Part shown: positions 16,996-26,933 of the stretch, piece after piece
How the letters are laid out: every line of letters begins with the position of its first letter
How positions within the stretch are numbered: position 1 is the stretch's first letter
Source: Clostridia bacterium
GTDB lineage: Bacteria > Bacillota > Clostridia > Oscillospirales > Acutalibacteraceae
Length of the DNA: 64,000 nucleotides
Direction: 5' to 3'
Assembly: GCA_017436815.1 (NCBI GenBank)
Contig: JAFSCI010000038.1
Location: 2,655 to 66,654, forward strand
Notes under the pieces: model-generated
Databases searched by the model: none
What the model was told of the DNA's origin: nothing
The model's input: the letters and a program-made list of their open reading frames with translations, nothing else
Position numbers and translations under genes: made by a program

Positions 16996-18012
16996 ATGAA
17001 AACAGCAAGAACCTATGAAGAACTTATGACTCGTTTGGATGAAATGTCCGGCAAAGCTGCCGAAAGACAGGTAGACAAAACTGACGAAACCAAGAAGAAA
17101 GTCGAAGCATACAATACGGCTTTCTGGGAGGCGATGTATACCGGTATGCCGCAGAACGCCTTAAGGGAAGGTAGTGATGGCTCGGGTGGATATCTGGTTC
17201 CCGATACCTATGACGAAAGACTCGTACAAGCCTTAACGAAAAAGAATGTCCTTCGCCAGATCGCAACGACCATACCCACAACGCAGAAGCTGACCATTCC
17301 CATTTCCCTGGGCGGTGAAAACGCAACCTGGATGCCTGAAAATGAAGCCTATTCCTTTAGCGAGGCAGAATTTGACGAAGTGGTCATCGATGCACACAAG
17401 CTCGGCACTTCCATTCTCGTTTCCGATGAAATGCTTGAGGATGGTGGTGTTGACCTCGAAAAATATATTGAAGATATCTTCGCCGAGCGAATCAGTAACG
17501 AAGAAGAGTCTGTTTTCATCAACGGTGATGGAAACGGTAAGCCTATCGGTATTATTCACCAGGCTTCTATTGGTAAGGTCACGGATGAGAAAGGCAAAAT
17601 CAGCGCAGACGACCTTGTCGATATGGAGTTTTCCCTGGCAGAGCCTTATCGCAAAAACGCGGTGTGGGTTATGTCCAATGATGCATATTGCAGATTGAGT
17701 CAGCTTCGCCATTATCGTGGCAATCCCATATGGAGCAGCGGCTTTGAGGAGGAAATGCCTATGAAGCTGTTCGGCTATCCCATTTACATCTGTGACTTTA
17801 TGAACAACGTTGTTCCCGGCGGCATTCCCGTAATGTTCGGTGACTTTAGCTACTACTGGATCGGTGACCGTGGTAAGCGAGTCATCAAACGCCTGGTGGA
17901 ACGTTACGCCGACCGTGGACAGGTTGCTTTTATCACCACCGAAAGAGTGGATGCAAAGCTGGTTCTCCCCGAAGCGGTAAAGCTACTTAAAGTCAAGAGT
18001 GACAAGGAATAA
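16996..18012 (+). CDS. HK97-family phage major capsid protein
   Basis: It has a coiled N-terminal region followed by EGSDGSGGYLVPDTYDERLVQAL. The pattern is typical of the Phage_capsid family. GGAGGA lies 10 nt upstream of the ATG at 16996. Confidence 0.8.
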   Translation: MKTARTYEELMTRLDEMSGKAAERQVDKTDETKKKVEAYNTAFWEAMYTGMPQNALREGSDGSGGYLVPDTYDERLVQALTKKNVLRQIATTIPTTQKLTIPISLGGENATWMPENEAYSFSEAEFDEVVIDAHKLGTSILVSDEMLEDGGVDLEKYIEDIFAERISNEEESVFINGDGNGKPIGIIHQASIGKVTDEKGKISADDLVDMEFSLAEPYRKNAVWVMSNDAYCRLSQLRHYRGNPIWSSGFEEEMPMKLFGYPIYICDFMNNVVPGGIPVMFGDFSYYWIGDRGKRVIKRLVERYADRGQVAFITTERVDAKLVLPEAVKLLKVKSDKE

Positions 18013-18071
18013 GGTTATGCGGGAGGGCGGCTTTCGGGTCGCTCTCCCCAAAACACCGAAAGGAGATATGC

Positions 18072-18446
18072 ATGACACAGCAAGACAAAACAGCCATTAA
18101 TCGTATGCGCCTTGAAGGGCATACCCCTTCAAAGATAGCGATAGCGTTAGGTTTGCCTGCCGGGACCGTTCGTTCCTATATCCACAGGCATCCAACAATC
18201 CATAACACCAAGCATTGCAAAAACTGCGGTAAGCCTGTACTGCAAAGCGAAAAACGTCGTGAGAAAAAGTTCTGTTCGGACCGTTGCCGAATGGCTTGGT
18301 GGAACACCCACCAGGACACGGTGAACCGCAAAGCATATTACAACCTCACTTGTAAATACTGCGGAAAGGAGTTTAAGAGCTATGGTAACAAGAATCGAAA
18401 ATACTGCTGCCGAGCCTGCTACGTTGCATCAAGACAAGCAGGATAA
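18072..18446 (+). CDS. HTH (sigma-70 region-4-like) protein with two Cys-rich zinc-ribbon-like motifs
   Basis: The HTH is TPSKIAIALGLPAGTVRSYIHRH. The Cys-rich motifs are CKNCG...FCSDRCR and CKYCG...YCCRACY. The RBS is GGAGA. Confidence 0.6.
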   Translation: MTQQDKTAINRMRLEGHTPSKIAIALGLPAGTVRSYIHRHPTIHNTKHCKNCGKPVLQSEKRREKKFCSDRCRMAWWNTHQDTVNRKAYYNLTCKYCGKEFKSYGNKNRKYCCRACYVASRQAG

Positions 18447-18465
18447 GTATGCGCCCGAAAACTTG

Positions 18466-18609
18466 ATGCTGTACCGCACCTCCCTCGCTTTGATAAAAAC
18501 GCTTGTGGAGGACGGCGTCTTTAACGAAAAGGAGTATTGTAAGATATTGACAATGCTTGCCCGCAAATACGGCTTATCTTCGGATAGTATATTTGCAGAA
18601 ATCGCTTGA
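18466..18609 (+). CDS. Small (47-aa) hypothetical protein upstream of the recombinases
   Basis: An in-frame ATG at 18466 lies within the ORF 18382-18609. The sequence is MLYRTSLALIKTLVEDGVFNEKEYCKILTMLARKYGL, and the start is uncertain. Confidence 0.3.
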   Translation: MLYRTSLALIKTLVEDGVFNEKEYCKILTMLARKYGLSSDSIFAEIA

Positions 18610-18670
18610 TATATCCGCCGTTTAGAGCGAATATGTAGTGACCTTAAATGATACAAAGGAGGTATATGTA

Positions 18671-19951
18671 TTGGAAAGGATCGTTACACAAACCCGTTTT
18701 ACAAAAACGGATGTAGCCAGACCGAAACGGGTAGCGGCGTATGCCAGGGTATCCTCCGGCAAGGATGCGATGCTACACTCCCTTTCGGCGCAGGTAAATT
18801 ACTACAGCAAATTGATACAGAACCACGGCGGATGGGAGTACGCCGGCGTATATGCCGATGAAGCTCTGACCGGCACAAAGGATAACCGAGAAAACTTTCA
18901 AAGGCTCCTTGCGGATTGCCGAAACGGAAAGGTAGATATGATTTTAACCAAGTCCGTTTCGCGCTTCGCAAGGAATACGCTGACCTTACTCGAAACCGTA
19001 AGGGAACTAAAGAACCTGGGTGTGGATGTTTACTTTGAAGAGCAAAATATACATTCGGCATCCTCGGACGGTGAGTTGATGCTTACAATCCTCGCAAGCT
19101 ATGCCCAGGAGGAAAGCCTCTCCGCCAGCGAGAATCAAAAGTGGAGGGTGCGGCAGCAGTTCCAAAACGGAAAACCCTGGCGCGGTTTTATGATGGGATA
19201 CCGATACGATGGTGAGAAATATGTCATCGTTCCCGAAGAGGCAGAGGTGGTTCGTTCCATATTTCGTGACTACCTTGACGGCAAGGGTGTTGCCGCCATT
19301 ATGAAACGGCTCAACGAAGAAGGGGTTCTCACGCAGCAAGGCTTTACCTGGCATCAAAGTGCGGTAAGCCGAATCCTTCGCAACTATGCTTATACAGGTA
19401 ACCTTCTGCTACAAACCAAATTTCGTGAGAACCACCTTACGAAACGCACTCTTGTAAACCACGGAGAACTTCCGCAGTACCACGCAGAGAACACCCACGA
19501 GCCGATCATCGATATCGGCACCTATAACTTGGTACAACTGGAGATGGCAAGACGGGCGGAACGTTTTGCAAAACCACAAACGAAAACAGAATATCCTTTT
19601 ACGGGACTTATCACCTGTGCCGGATGCGGAAAACACTATCGCAGAAAGGTAACGAAAACGGGCCCCGTATGGATATGCGCCACCTACAATACCCTCGGCA
19701 AAAAAGTCTGCCCGTCGAAAGCCATCCCCGAACCGACTTTGATGGCACTTGCTGCCGAGATTGATGATTTCAGTAAAATAACGGCAATTACAGCCGACAA
19801 AGATAACACCTTGATATTCTCCCTTGAAAACAGAGAAACAACCGTTAAACGATGGAAAGACCGCTCACGCTCGGAAAGTTGGACTCCCGAGATGAGGGCA
19901 GCGGTCGGTAAGAAAACAAAAGAAAGGAGCAGGCAAAATGGCGACAGCTAA
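18671..19951 (+). CDS. Large serine recombinase
   Basis: The catalytic motif is AAYARVSS, followed by VSRFARN and a recombinase/zinc-ribbon region (CAGCGKHY...C..YN). A TTG start at 18671 lies 8 nt after AAGGAGG; the ORF-track start at 18638 is the alternative. Confidence 0.9.
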   Translation: MERIVTQTRFTKTDVARPKRVAAYARVSSGKDAMLHSLSAQVNYYSKLIQNHGGWEYAGVYADEALTGTKDNRENFQRLLADCRNGKVDMILTKSVSRFARNTLTLLETVRELKNLGVDVYFEEQNIHSASSDGELMLTILASYAQEESLSASENQKWRVRQQFQNGKPWRGFMMGYRYDGEKYVIVPEEAEVVRSIFRDYLDGKGVAAIMKRLNEEGVLTQQGFTWHQSAVSRILRNYAYTGNLLLQTKFRENHLTKRTLVNHGELPQYHAENTHEPIIDIGTYNLVQLEMARRAERFAKPQTKTEYPFTGLITCAGCGKHYRRKVTKTGPVWICATYNTLGKKVCPSKAIPEPTLMALAAEIDDFSKITAITADKDNTLIFSLENRETTVKRWKDRSRSESWTPEMRAAVGKKTKERSRQNGDS

Positions 19952-21527
19952 AAATGTAACCGTAATACCCGCTACCCGAAACCTGCATACCAGTGTCCCT
20001 ATCACCTCAAAAGCCAAACGCAAGGTAGCTGGTTATGCTCGTGTGTCCACCGACAGCGATGAGCAGTTTACAAGCTACGAGGCGCAGGTGGATTACTATA
20101 CAAACTACATTAAAAGCCGCCCCGAATGGGAGTTTGTTGAGGTCTATACCGATGAAGGCATCTCCGCACTCAACACCAAAAAGCGTGATGGCTTTAATCG
20201 CATGATAGCCGATGCCTTGAGTGGTAAAATCGACCTGATCGTTACCAAAAGTGTCAGCCGTTTCGCTCGTAACACTGTGGACAGTCTTACCACCGTCCGC
20301 AAACTAAAGGACAAGGGCGTTGAGGTCTATTTTGAAAAGGAAAATATATGGACAATGGACTCTAAGGGCGAGCTGCTTATTACCATAATGTCATCCCTTG
20401 CCCAGGAGGAGAGCCGTTCCATTTCCGAGAACGTGACCTGGGGTCAAAGAAAGCGGTTCGCAGATGGTAAGGTCAGTATGCCTTATAAGCAGTTCTTGGG
20501 ATACAAAAAAGGCGCAGACGGTCTACCCGAGATCGTACCCGAAGAGGCAGAAACCGTGCGCGCTATTTACCGAATGTTTATGGAAGGAATGTCTACCAAC
20601 GCCATTGCAAGGCATCTTACCGAAACCGGAGTTCCCACCCCTGCGGGGAAAACCAACTGGCTAAGGCAGACCGTTGAAAGCATCCTGCGAAACGAGAAAT
20701 ACAAAGGCTCAGCACTACTCCAAAAGAGGTACACTGTTGACTTTTTGCAGAAAAGGATGAAGGTCAACGAGGGCGAAGTTCCTCAGTATTATGTGGAACA
20801 CAGCCATCCGGCAATCATTGCACCCGAGGAATGGGAACGGGTGCAGTTGGAGCTTCATCGCAGAAAGGATAACAGCAGGCGTACCCTATGCAACGGTCCC
20901 TTTGCTGGAAAGCTTATCTGCGGAGATTGCGGTGAGATCTTCGGCTCAAAGGTGTGGCACTCAAACAGTAAATACCGCCGAACCATATGGCAATGCAACG
21001 CTAAATTCAAGGGTGACAAGAAATGCACCACACCACATTTATACGAAGACGATATTAAGGAGCTTTTCGCGGTAGCGTTAAGCAAACTGATGGTTAACAG
21101 AGAGGCACTCCTTGAGGACGGTCAGCTTATACGTCACGAGCTGATGGATACCGCAACAATTGATGCTGAATGCGAGGAACTGCTCCAAGAGATGGATGTG
21201 GTCGCAGGCCTTATTCAAAAGTGCATCAACGAAAACGCCGTGCAGGCTATCGACCAGGATGAATACATCAATCGCTATAACGCCCTGGTGGAACGGCACG
21301 AAAAGGCACAAAACCGCTATGATACCTTACAAAAAAAGCGTGACCGCAGGCTCATTCAAGCAGACATTATGAGCGGATTCCTTTTCGCCATCACCGAGCT
21401 TGACACCCTTCAGCTTCAGTTCGACCCCGTCCTTTGGCACTCCACCGTTGACCACGTAACCGTGTATGCAGATGAATGCTTGGAGTTCCATTTTATGAAC
21501 GGCATTGATGTTGAGGTGAGAATGTAG
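19938..21527 (+). CDS. Large serine recombinase (second of a tandem pair)
   Basis: Motifs: AGYARVSTDSDEQ, VSRFARN and CGDCGEIF...WQCN. It overlaps the upstream recombinase by 14 nt. Confidence 0.9.
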   Translation: MATAKNVTVIPATRNLHTSVPITSKAKRKVAGYARVSTDSDEQFTSYEAQVDYYTNYIKSRPEWEFVEVYTDEGISALNTKKRDGFNRMIADALSGKIDLIVTKSVSRFARNTVDSLTTVRKLKDKGVEVYFEKENIWTMDSKGELLITIMSSLAQEESRSISENVTWGQRKRFADGKVSMPYKQFLGYKKGADGLPEIVPEEAETVRAIYRMFMEGMSTNAIARHLTETGVPTPAGKTNWLRQTVESILRNEKYKGSALLQKRYTVDFLQKRMKVNEGEVPQYYVEHSHPAIIAPEEWERVQLELHRRKDNSRRTLCNGPFAGKLICGDCGEIFGSKVWHSNSKYRRTIWQCNAKFKGDKKCTTPHLYEDDIKELFAVALSKLMVNREALLEDGQLIRHELMDTATIDAECEELLQEMDVVAGLIQKCINENAVQAIDQDEYINRYNALVERHEKAQNRYDTLQKKRDRRLIQADIMSGFLFAITELDTLQLQFDPVLWHSTVDHVTVYADECLEFHFMNGIDVEVRM

Positions 21528-21545
21528 ACGAAAAAACGTAACAGC

Positions 21546-21586
21546 AATCCTCCGGTGATAGATCGCTATCATTGGAGGATTTTTTG
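21546..21586 (+). terminator. Rho-independent terminator after the recombinase pair
   Basis: AATCCTCCGGTGATAG pairs with CTATCATTGGAGGATT, followed by TTTTT. Confidence 0.75.
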
Positions 21587-21603
21587 TATTTATACTGTAC
21601 TCA

Positions 21604-21632
21604 TTGAAAAAGCTGTCGAATTATGATATAAT
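21604..21632 (+). promoter_or_regulatory. Sigma-A-like promoter for the AbiG pair
   Basis: TTGAAA (21604-09), a 17-nt spacer, then TATAAT (21627-32). A GGGAGGTG RBS and a GTG start at 21660 follow. Confidence 0.5.
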
Positions 21633-21659
21633 ATAAAGAATAATGGGAGGTGTGTCTCT

Positions 21660-22490
21660 GTGGACAAGAATACAATTGTATCGTTGAATAATCCGAAGGT
21701 TCGTGTTTCCAAGCAAAAGAGTCATACGCCTTCCACTATACAGGCGGATACACTTTTTACATTTACTCCAAAACTTGAATTCCTTATTCCATACATAAAA
21801 ACCAAAATGATATCTCCTAGATACTGTGTTGAAGATATTAGTTATTTGAAAATTCCCAAACTTAAAAAAATCGCATTCCCGATGAAGTGTTTTTGCGATA
21901 TCAATATGCACAGGTTAGGGGTTCACTTGGATTGGTATGGCTACTATGGATTGGCGTTTAGTAAAGAATGGGGCATGAGCAGAGGAATTCAACCGATTCA
22001 ATATATTAATCAAAATTCCGAATTGCGCAATGACTTTACTACGGCTTTTTCTGCAGCTTTATCCGCTCCTATGACAAGAAAAGGTTCTGCACAAGAAAAA
22101 ATGAAAAGCTTTCTGTTGCATGAACTAATGTACTATAAACCTTACGATGGAAAAATGGAAAATCGTAACACCGGAAAAACAGAAGTTAAATGTTTTACCG
22201 ATGAATGTGAGTGGCGCTTTGTTCCTAATGTTACTCCCGCTGGGTTTGAACAAGCTTTTCATGGCAAAATGATTGTTAACGCGGGCGTATTAGAAGAAAT
22301 CAGTAATTCTATGGCTGGTATTCCTGAAATATCACTACAGTTTGAATATGATGACTTAAAATATATCATTGTCAAGACACGCGCCGATTTTGAAAAGTTA
22401 GTAAAAGAAATATCAGATTTTGATGATTCTGTTCAACACGAACTGATTGCTAAAATTCTAATTTGGGATGTAGCGGGGAGGGATTTCTAA
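21660..22490 (+). CDS. AbiGi-family abortive-infection protein
   Basis: The segment LFTFTPKLEFLIPYIKTKMISPRYCVEDI...FPMKCFCDINMHRLGVHLDWYGYYGLAFSKEWG...IQPIQYIN matches the AbiGi family pattern (FHFT...PRYC.E...PM.CFCDI...H...YG.YG..F.K.W...PV.Y) as I recall it. Confidence 0.7.
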   Translation: MDKNTIVSLNNPKVRVSKQKSHTPSTIQADTLFTFTPKLEFLIPYIKTKMISPRYCVEDISYLKIPKLKKIAFPMKCFCDINMHRLGVHLDWYGYYGLAFSKEWGMSRGIQPIQYINQNSELRNDFTTAFSAALSAPMTRKGSAQEKMKSFLLHELMYYKPYDGKMENRNTGKTEVKCFTDECEWRFVPNVTPAGFEQAFHGKMIVNAGVLEEISNSMAGIPEISLQFEYDDLKYIIVKTRADFEKLVKEISDFDDSVQHELIAKILIWDVAGRDF

Positions 22491-23734
22491 TGTTTGTTGA
22501 TTTTAATAGGGTATTTAATGGTAAACCCCAAACTGAATTAAAGATTCCCGATGCAATGGTTGAACATCTTAACACGAGTTTGCCCCAAGGGGTCAAATAT
22601 AGAGCAACAGAAAACGGGAACTGCGAAATTGTCTCTGATGGCGGAAGTGTTACGTTTGGAGGTTTTTTGTTTGTCCCTTCAGAAGAACACAAAAAAATAC
22701 TTGGTAAAAAATTTACCATGGAAGATGTTTTAAGCTATTCATATAACGCTCAAAAACCAATCCCCTTGCAATTGAAAAAGGAGGGTTATATAACATTAAA
22801 CGGCGAAGAATTTCCAATTGATCGTTTACACTATAACCCTTATTGTCCCGTAACATACATTTCTGGAGAAATGGTTATGTATCCCCAACCCTTTCCTGCC
22901 GCTTTCCCCTTGCAGGTAGGATGTGCGAAGTACTCTCGCCAATTAATCTTTAAGCGTGTACCCAATGACAGTGTACATATTGCAGCATTTGAGTCGGCAG
23001 GTGAAACCCCTTTGACCGTTCATTATTTTGTTGACGAAGTGAAGAGCACAATTCAATTCAACATTTCATTCAACTTGTCTCATGCAAAAAACATAAGAGA
23101 CATTGTTGAGTCAACCTCTATTTATAATGCGTTTGTAGACGGAGAAGGGTTGTTTTGCGGTCAACCTCTAATCACAGATATAGATACCTCAAAAGTAAAA
23201 AAGTATGACCCAGATAGTGTACTGTTTTGGGAAAAGGTTCTTTTAATTGAAGAGTTATTAGACGTTAGTTTTGTCCCCCCTCAAGAAGAAATCGATTTCT
23301 CTACTATACAAACAATAGAAACGCTATATCAAAACCTAATCAAAAAAGTTCCAATAAGAGATAATAAGAAAATCGATAGTCTTGACGGCGAGTGGGATAT
23401 GCGAGATGACGCTGAAGTTAAAAAATCTATTGGCAAATCAATATATTTTGAATTTCAAGCAACTTCCCATATATCTTTGTTTGGTGTTGAACGAGACCTG
23501 CCGTGTATTATTGGAATATTTGATTCTACACTTGCTAACTATACTGTCAAGGGCAAAAAATATAAGCTCTTGCTCGAACATTTAAGTGAAGATAAACATA
23601 TGTATACATCCACATTAAGATTTACGTGTAACGAGGAGTTAGCTAAGTATATGGAAACAGAACGCAACGATCGCATTGCATCACTTCACGGTGCTAAAAC
23701 ACCTCAAGAATATTTGACAACTTTGGAAGAATAA
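22490..23734 (+). CDS. AbiGii-like partner protein (about 414 aa)
   Basis: Its start overlaps the AbiGi stop (TAATG). The size and position match the two-gene AbiG architecture. My recognition of the sequence itself is weak. Confidence 0.5.
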   Translation: MFVDFNRVFNGKPQTELKIPDAMVEHLNTSLPQGVKYRATENGNCEIVSDGGSVTFGGFLFVPSEEHKKILGKKFTMEDVLSYSYNAQKPIPLQLKKEGYITLNGEEFPIDRLHYNPYCPVTYISGEMVMYPQPFPAAFPLQVGCAKYSRQLIFKRVPNDSVHIAAFESAGETPLTVHYFVDEVKSTIQFNISFNLSHAKNIRDIVESTSIYNAFVDGEGLFCGQPLITDIDTSKVKKYDPDSVLFWEKVLLIEELLDVSFVPPQEEIDFSTIQTIETLYQNLIKKVPIRDNKKIDSLDGEWDMRDDAEVKKSIGKSIYFEFQATSHISLFGVERDLPCIIGIFDSTLANYTVKGKKYKLLLEHLSEDKHMYTSTLRFTCNEELAKYMETERNDRIASLHGAKTPQEYLTTLEE

Positions 23735-23851
23735 AATCAAGCAATTATACAGAGGTGTATTTCAGTAGTTTAACGAATAGCGGTTGTTTAACGATAGGTC
23801 GGTATGAATGTTAGGTTAAATCCCGGGGGTGGGCAATAAAAACAATCAAAA

Positions 23852-23900
23852 AAGCGTTGCAGGATGGGTGGAATACTCCCAAAATGCAACGCTTGTTTTT
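23852..23900. terminator. Bidirectional hairpin terminator
   Basis: AAGCGTTGCA (23852-61) pairs with TGCAACGCTT (23885-94). It is flanked by an A-run and by GTTTTT. Confidence 0.5.
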
Positions 23901-23941
23901 ATGAGTGCTTATTCTGCCTATGTTTTTAGCGGTAAAATAAC

Positions 23942-23980
23942 GATACCGCTGTCGACACGATTGTATCAACAGCGGTATCT
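23942..23980 (-). terminator. Hairpin immediately 3' of the tRNA
   Basis: A perfect 11-bp inverted repeat, GATACCGCTGT-N16-ACAGCGGTATC, is followed on the minus strand by a U-rich stretch. Confidence 0.6.
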
Positions 23981-23984
23981 GATT

Positions 23985-24060
<76 letters not shown>

Positions 24061-24097
24061 ATATTTAAGTTTTGCCGAATTTCTTTCGGTAGATAGT

Positions 24098-24126
24098 ATT
24101 TTATCACACCTTATACCTTTTGTCAA
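24098..24126 (-). promoter_or_regulatory. Promoter of the tRNA gene
   Basis: On the minus strand, TTGACA (24121-26), a 17-nt spacer, then TAAAAT (24098-103). Confidence 0.55.
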
Positions 24127-24246
24127 GTCGAATCGGTGTAATATTTAGTTTTTTACAAAAAGTTCAAAATATACCTTTATTTAATAAAACACCTTGCCGT
24201 AAAGACAAGGCGTTTTATTAAAATTATTTTGGATTACATTTAGTTT

Positions 24247-25056
24247 TTAAAGCCCGGGTTTTGCCGATTTCTCTAACTTATTTACAAGGCAGAAGGCGAA
24301 TATAGGAGCTAACGCTGCGCAGACAAGACTTGCAACATCGAACGCAGACCTGCATTCGAAAATATTTATAGCCTCTGCTATTGCAAAAATTATTAACCAT
24401 ACCTTTGTGGCGGTTATAGATTTTAAATCAAGTACGCCGTTTTGAACGCTGTCGGCCACAGATTTGGCAAAGTTGTGGATTTTTTTGTAGCTAAAGAAGT
24501 TTAGCACGCCGGATAGTGCCATAAGCACGGTAAATACCGAAAAGAAGAAAAAGCCCGAGAGTGAGAGCAAATCCTTAAAAGCATCTATAGATGCTGGGTC
24601 GAACTCACCTATGTAGTTTAAAACCTGATTTAAAAGTTCCGGGTCAGAGCCTACAAGGTTTATTGCCGCCGCAACCGTAATACCAGCTAAGAAAAATATT
24701 CCTATAATAACAAAGTTAAAGATAAATACTGCGAATACCATACCGCTTAGGTTTCTTAAAAGCTTGGAGTCTACGGCTTCTTTTTTAGAATTAAAGTAAA
24801 CGAGCCATAAAAATATCGCATATAAAATATTAAATATGTTAAATGTATTGTTTAAAAGACCTATTACGGTACTTGCGCTTATTAGAATACAGATAACCAA
24901 AAACAGCGGATCTCTTAAAACATTAGTCACTGTTTCTGCCGCAGAGCTTGCTGCATTAAAAAAGGAATTGCCTTGCGGCTTTGGGGCGGCGCATCCGCAA
25001 TTAGGACAAAATTCGGTATTATCGGGAAAATCAAAACCGCAATTAATACATCTCAT
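24247..25056 (-). CDS. Zinc-ribbon-containing multi-pass membrane protein
   Basis: The N-terminus is MRCINCGFDF...FCPNCG, followed by several hydrophobic helices. Confidence 0.6.
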   Translation of the reverse strand: MRCINCGFDFPDNTEFCPNCGCAAPKPQGNSFFNAASSAAETVTNVLRDPLFLVICILISASTVIGLLNNTFNIFNILYAIFLWLVYFNSKKEAVDSKLLRNLSGMVFAVFIFNFVIIGIFFLAGITVAAAINLVGSDPELLNQVLNYIGEFDPASIDAFKDLLSLSGFFFFSVFTVLMALSGVLNFFSYKKIHNFAKSVADSVQNGVLDLKSITATKVWLIIFAIAEAINIFECRSAFDVASLVCAALAPIFAFCLVNKLEKSAKPGL

Positions 25057-25190
25057 AAAAAACACTCCTTGTTATTTTTACTTTATTTTACTATAAATTT
25101 ACAAAATATTCAATATTTTTTATTTGCAAGGGTAGAATAATGTTTTTTAATATGGTATTATGATTATACTAATAAAAGGAATGATAAAAT

Positions 25191-26927
25191 ATGCTCAAGT
25201 TATTTTTGGGGTATTATAAGCCCTATAAAAAGATGTTGGTGCTCGATATGCTGGCGGCACTGCTCATATCGGTAATAGGTATGGTTTACCCTGTGGTAAC
25301 CAATAAAATGCTAAACGTCTACATACCCGATAAAATGTACAAGCACATAGTTTTTGCGGGTGTTGGAGTACTTGTAATTTATGCGGTCAGAATGTTCCTC
25401 AGATATTTCGTGCAGTATTACGGCCACGTTATAGGTGTCGGAATGCAGTCGCAAATGCGAAAGGATCTGTTTTCTCATCTGCAAAAATTACCCTACAAGT
25501 TTTACGATAACAACGAAACCGGCAAGATTATGACCCGCATTACGAGCGATCTTTTTGAGATCTGCGAGCTTGCTCACCACGGTCCCGAAAACCTGCTTAT
25601 AAGCACGGTTATGATAATTTTATCGTTCTCATATCTTGCAACTATTGATATATACTTGACCCTTATAATTTTTACCTGCGTACCTATTTTGGCCGTGGTT
25701 ACCGCCGTTTTGCGCAAGGCAATGCGCAGGGCTTTTGACGAGCGCAGAACCTCTAACGCCATTATAAACGCCGCCGTAGAAAGCAGTGTAACGGGTATTA
25801 GAGTAACCAAGGCCTACACCAACGCCAAAACCGAAACCGAAAAATTTGCAAAGGGCGACGCAACCTTTGTGTCTGCCTCTGCAAAGGCGTATAAAGCAAT
25901 GGCAAAATTTCACTCATCAACCTCGTTTATAACCGACGTTTTTAACGTTTTTATACTAATAGCGGGCGGACTTTTCTTGTACGCAGGCCGAATTTCTTTT
26001 GGCGATTATTCTACCTTTATAGTGTCGGTAAACCTGTTTATAAACCCCGTAACTACCCTTATCGGCTTTATGGAGCAGTTCCAGAACGGTCTTAGCGGCT
26101 TTAAGCGCTTTGCCGAAATTATGAAAGAGCAGCCCGAGGTCGATGAGCCCACCGCAATAGAGCTAACTGACGTTAAGGGCGATATTGAATTTAAAAACGT
26201 TACTTTTTCGTACGACGGCACCAAAAACGTGCTGAATAATATTGACCTAAAGCTGTCCCGTGGCAAAAAGCTGGCGCTCGTAGGCTCATCGGGTGGCGGT
26301 AAAACCACCATTTGCCATCTGCTGCCAAGATTTTACGATATAAAACACGACGAAGGCGAAATTTTAATAGACGGCATAAATATTAAGGACATAAAACTAG
26401 AGTCCTTAAGAAAGAATATAGGTATAGTCCAGCAAGATGTTTTCCTGTTTGTAGGCACTTTGCGTGATAATATTCTTTACGGCAACCCGCTCGCCAGCGA
26501 GGAGCAGATGATCGAGGCCGCTAAAAAGGCCAACATACACGATTATATTATGGGCCTTAAAAACGGGTACGATACCGAAATCGGCGAGCGTGGAGTAAAA
26601 CTTTCCGGCGGACAAAAGCAGAGAATAAGCATTGCCCGACTTTTCTTAAAGGACCCCGCAATTTTAATTTTGGATGAGGCCACAAGCGCGCTCGATAACA
26701 CGACCGAAATACTCATTCAAAGCGCACTCGACGAGCTTTGCAAGGGCAGAACAACCCTTATTGTAGCGCACAGACTCTCTACCATTCGCAATGCCGATGA
26801 AATTGCCGTGGTCGATAGCGGAAAAATTGTTGAGCGTGGCTCGCACGATGCACTGATGCAGGCGCAGGGAATATACAAAGATTTATACTCGCTTCAGTTT
26901 ACTCACAATGATATTTTTGAGGAATAA
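25191..26927 (+). CDS. ABC transporter, fused permease/ATPase (exporter type)
   Basis: An N-terminal six-helix TMD is followed by Walker A GSSGGGKTT, the signature LSGGQKQR and Walker B ILILDEATSALD. Confidence 0.9.
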   Translation: MLKLFLGYYKPYKKMLVLDMLAALLISVIGMVYPVVTNKMLNVYIPDKMYKHIVFAGVGVLVIYAVRMFLRYFVQYYGHVIGVGMQSQMRKDLFSHLQKLPYKFYDNNETGKIMTRITSDLFEICELAHHGPENLLISTVMIILSFSYLATIDIYLTLIIFTCVPILAVVTAVLRKAMRRAFDERRTSNAIINAAVESSVTGIRVTKAYTNAKTETEKFAKGDATFVSASAKAYKAMAKFHSSTSFITDVFNVFILIAGGLFLYAGRISFGDYSTFIVSVNLFINPVTTLIGFMEQFQNGLSGFKRFAEIMKEQPEVDEPTAIELTDVKGDIEFKNVTFSYDGTKNVLNNIDLKLSRGKKLALVGSSGGGKTTICHLLPRFYDIKHDEGEILIDGINIKDIKLESLRKNIGIVQQDVFLFVGTLRDNILYGNPLASEEQMIEAAKKANIHDYIMGLKNGYDTEIGERGVKLSGGQKQRISIARLFLKDPAILILDEATSALDNTTEILIQSALDELCKGRTTLIVAHRLSTIRNADEIAVVDSGKIVERGSHDALMQAQGIYKDLYSLQFTHNDIFEE

Positions 26928-26933
26928 AAACGT

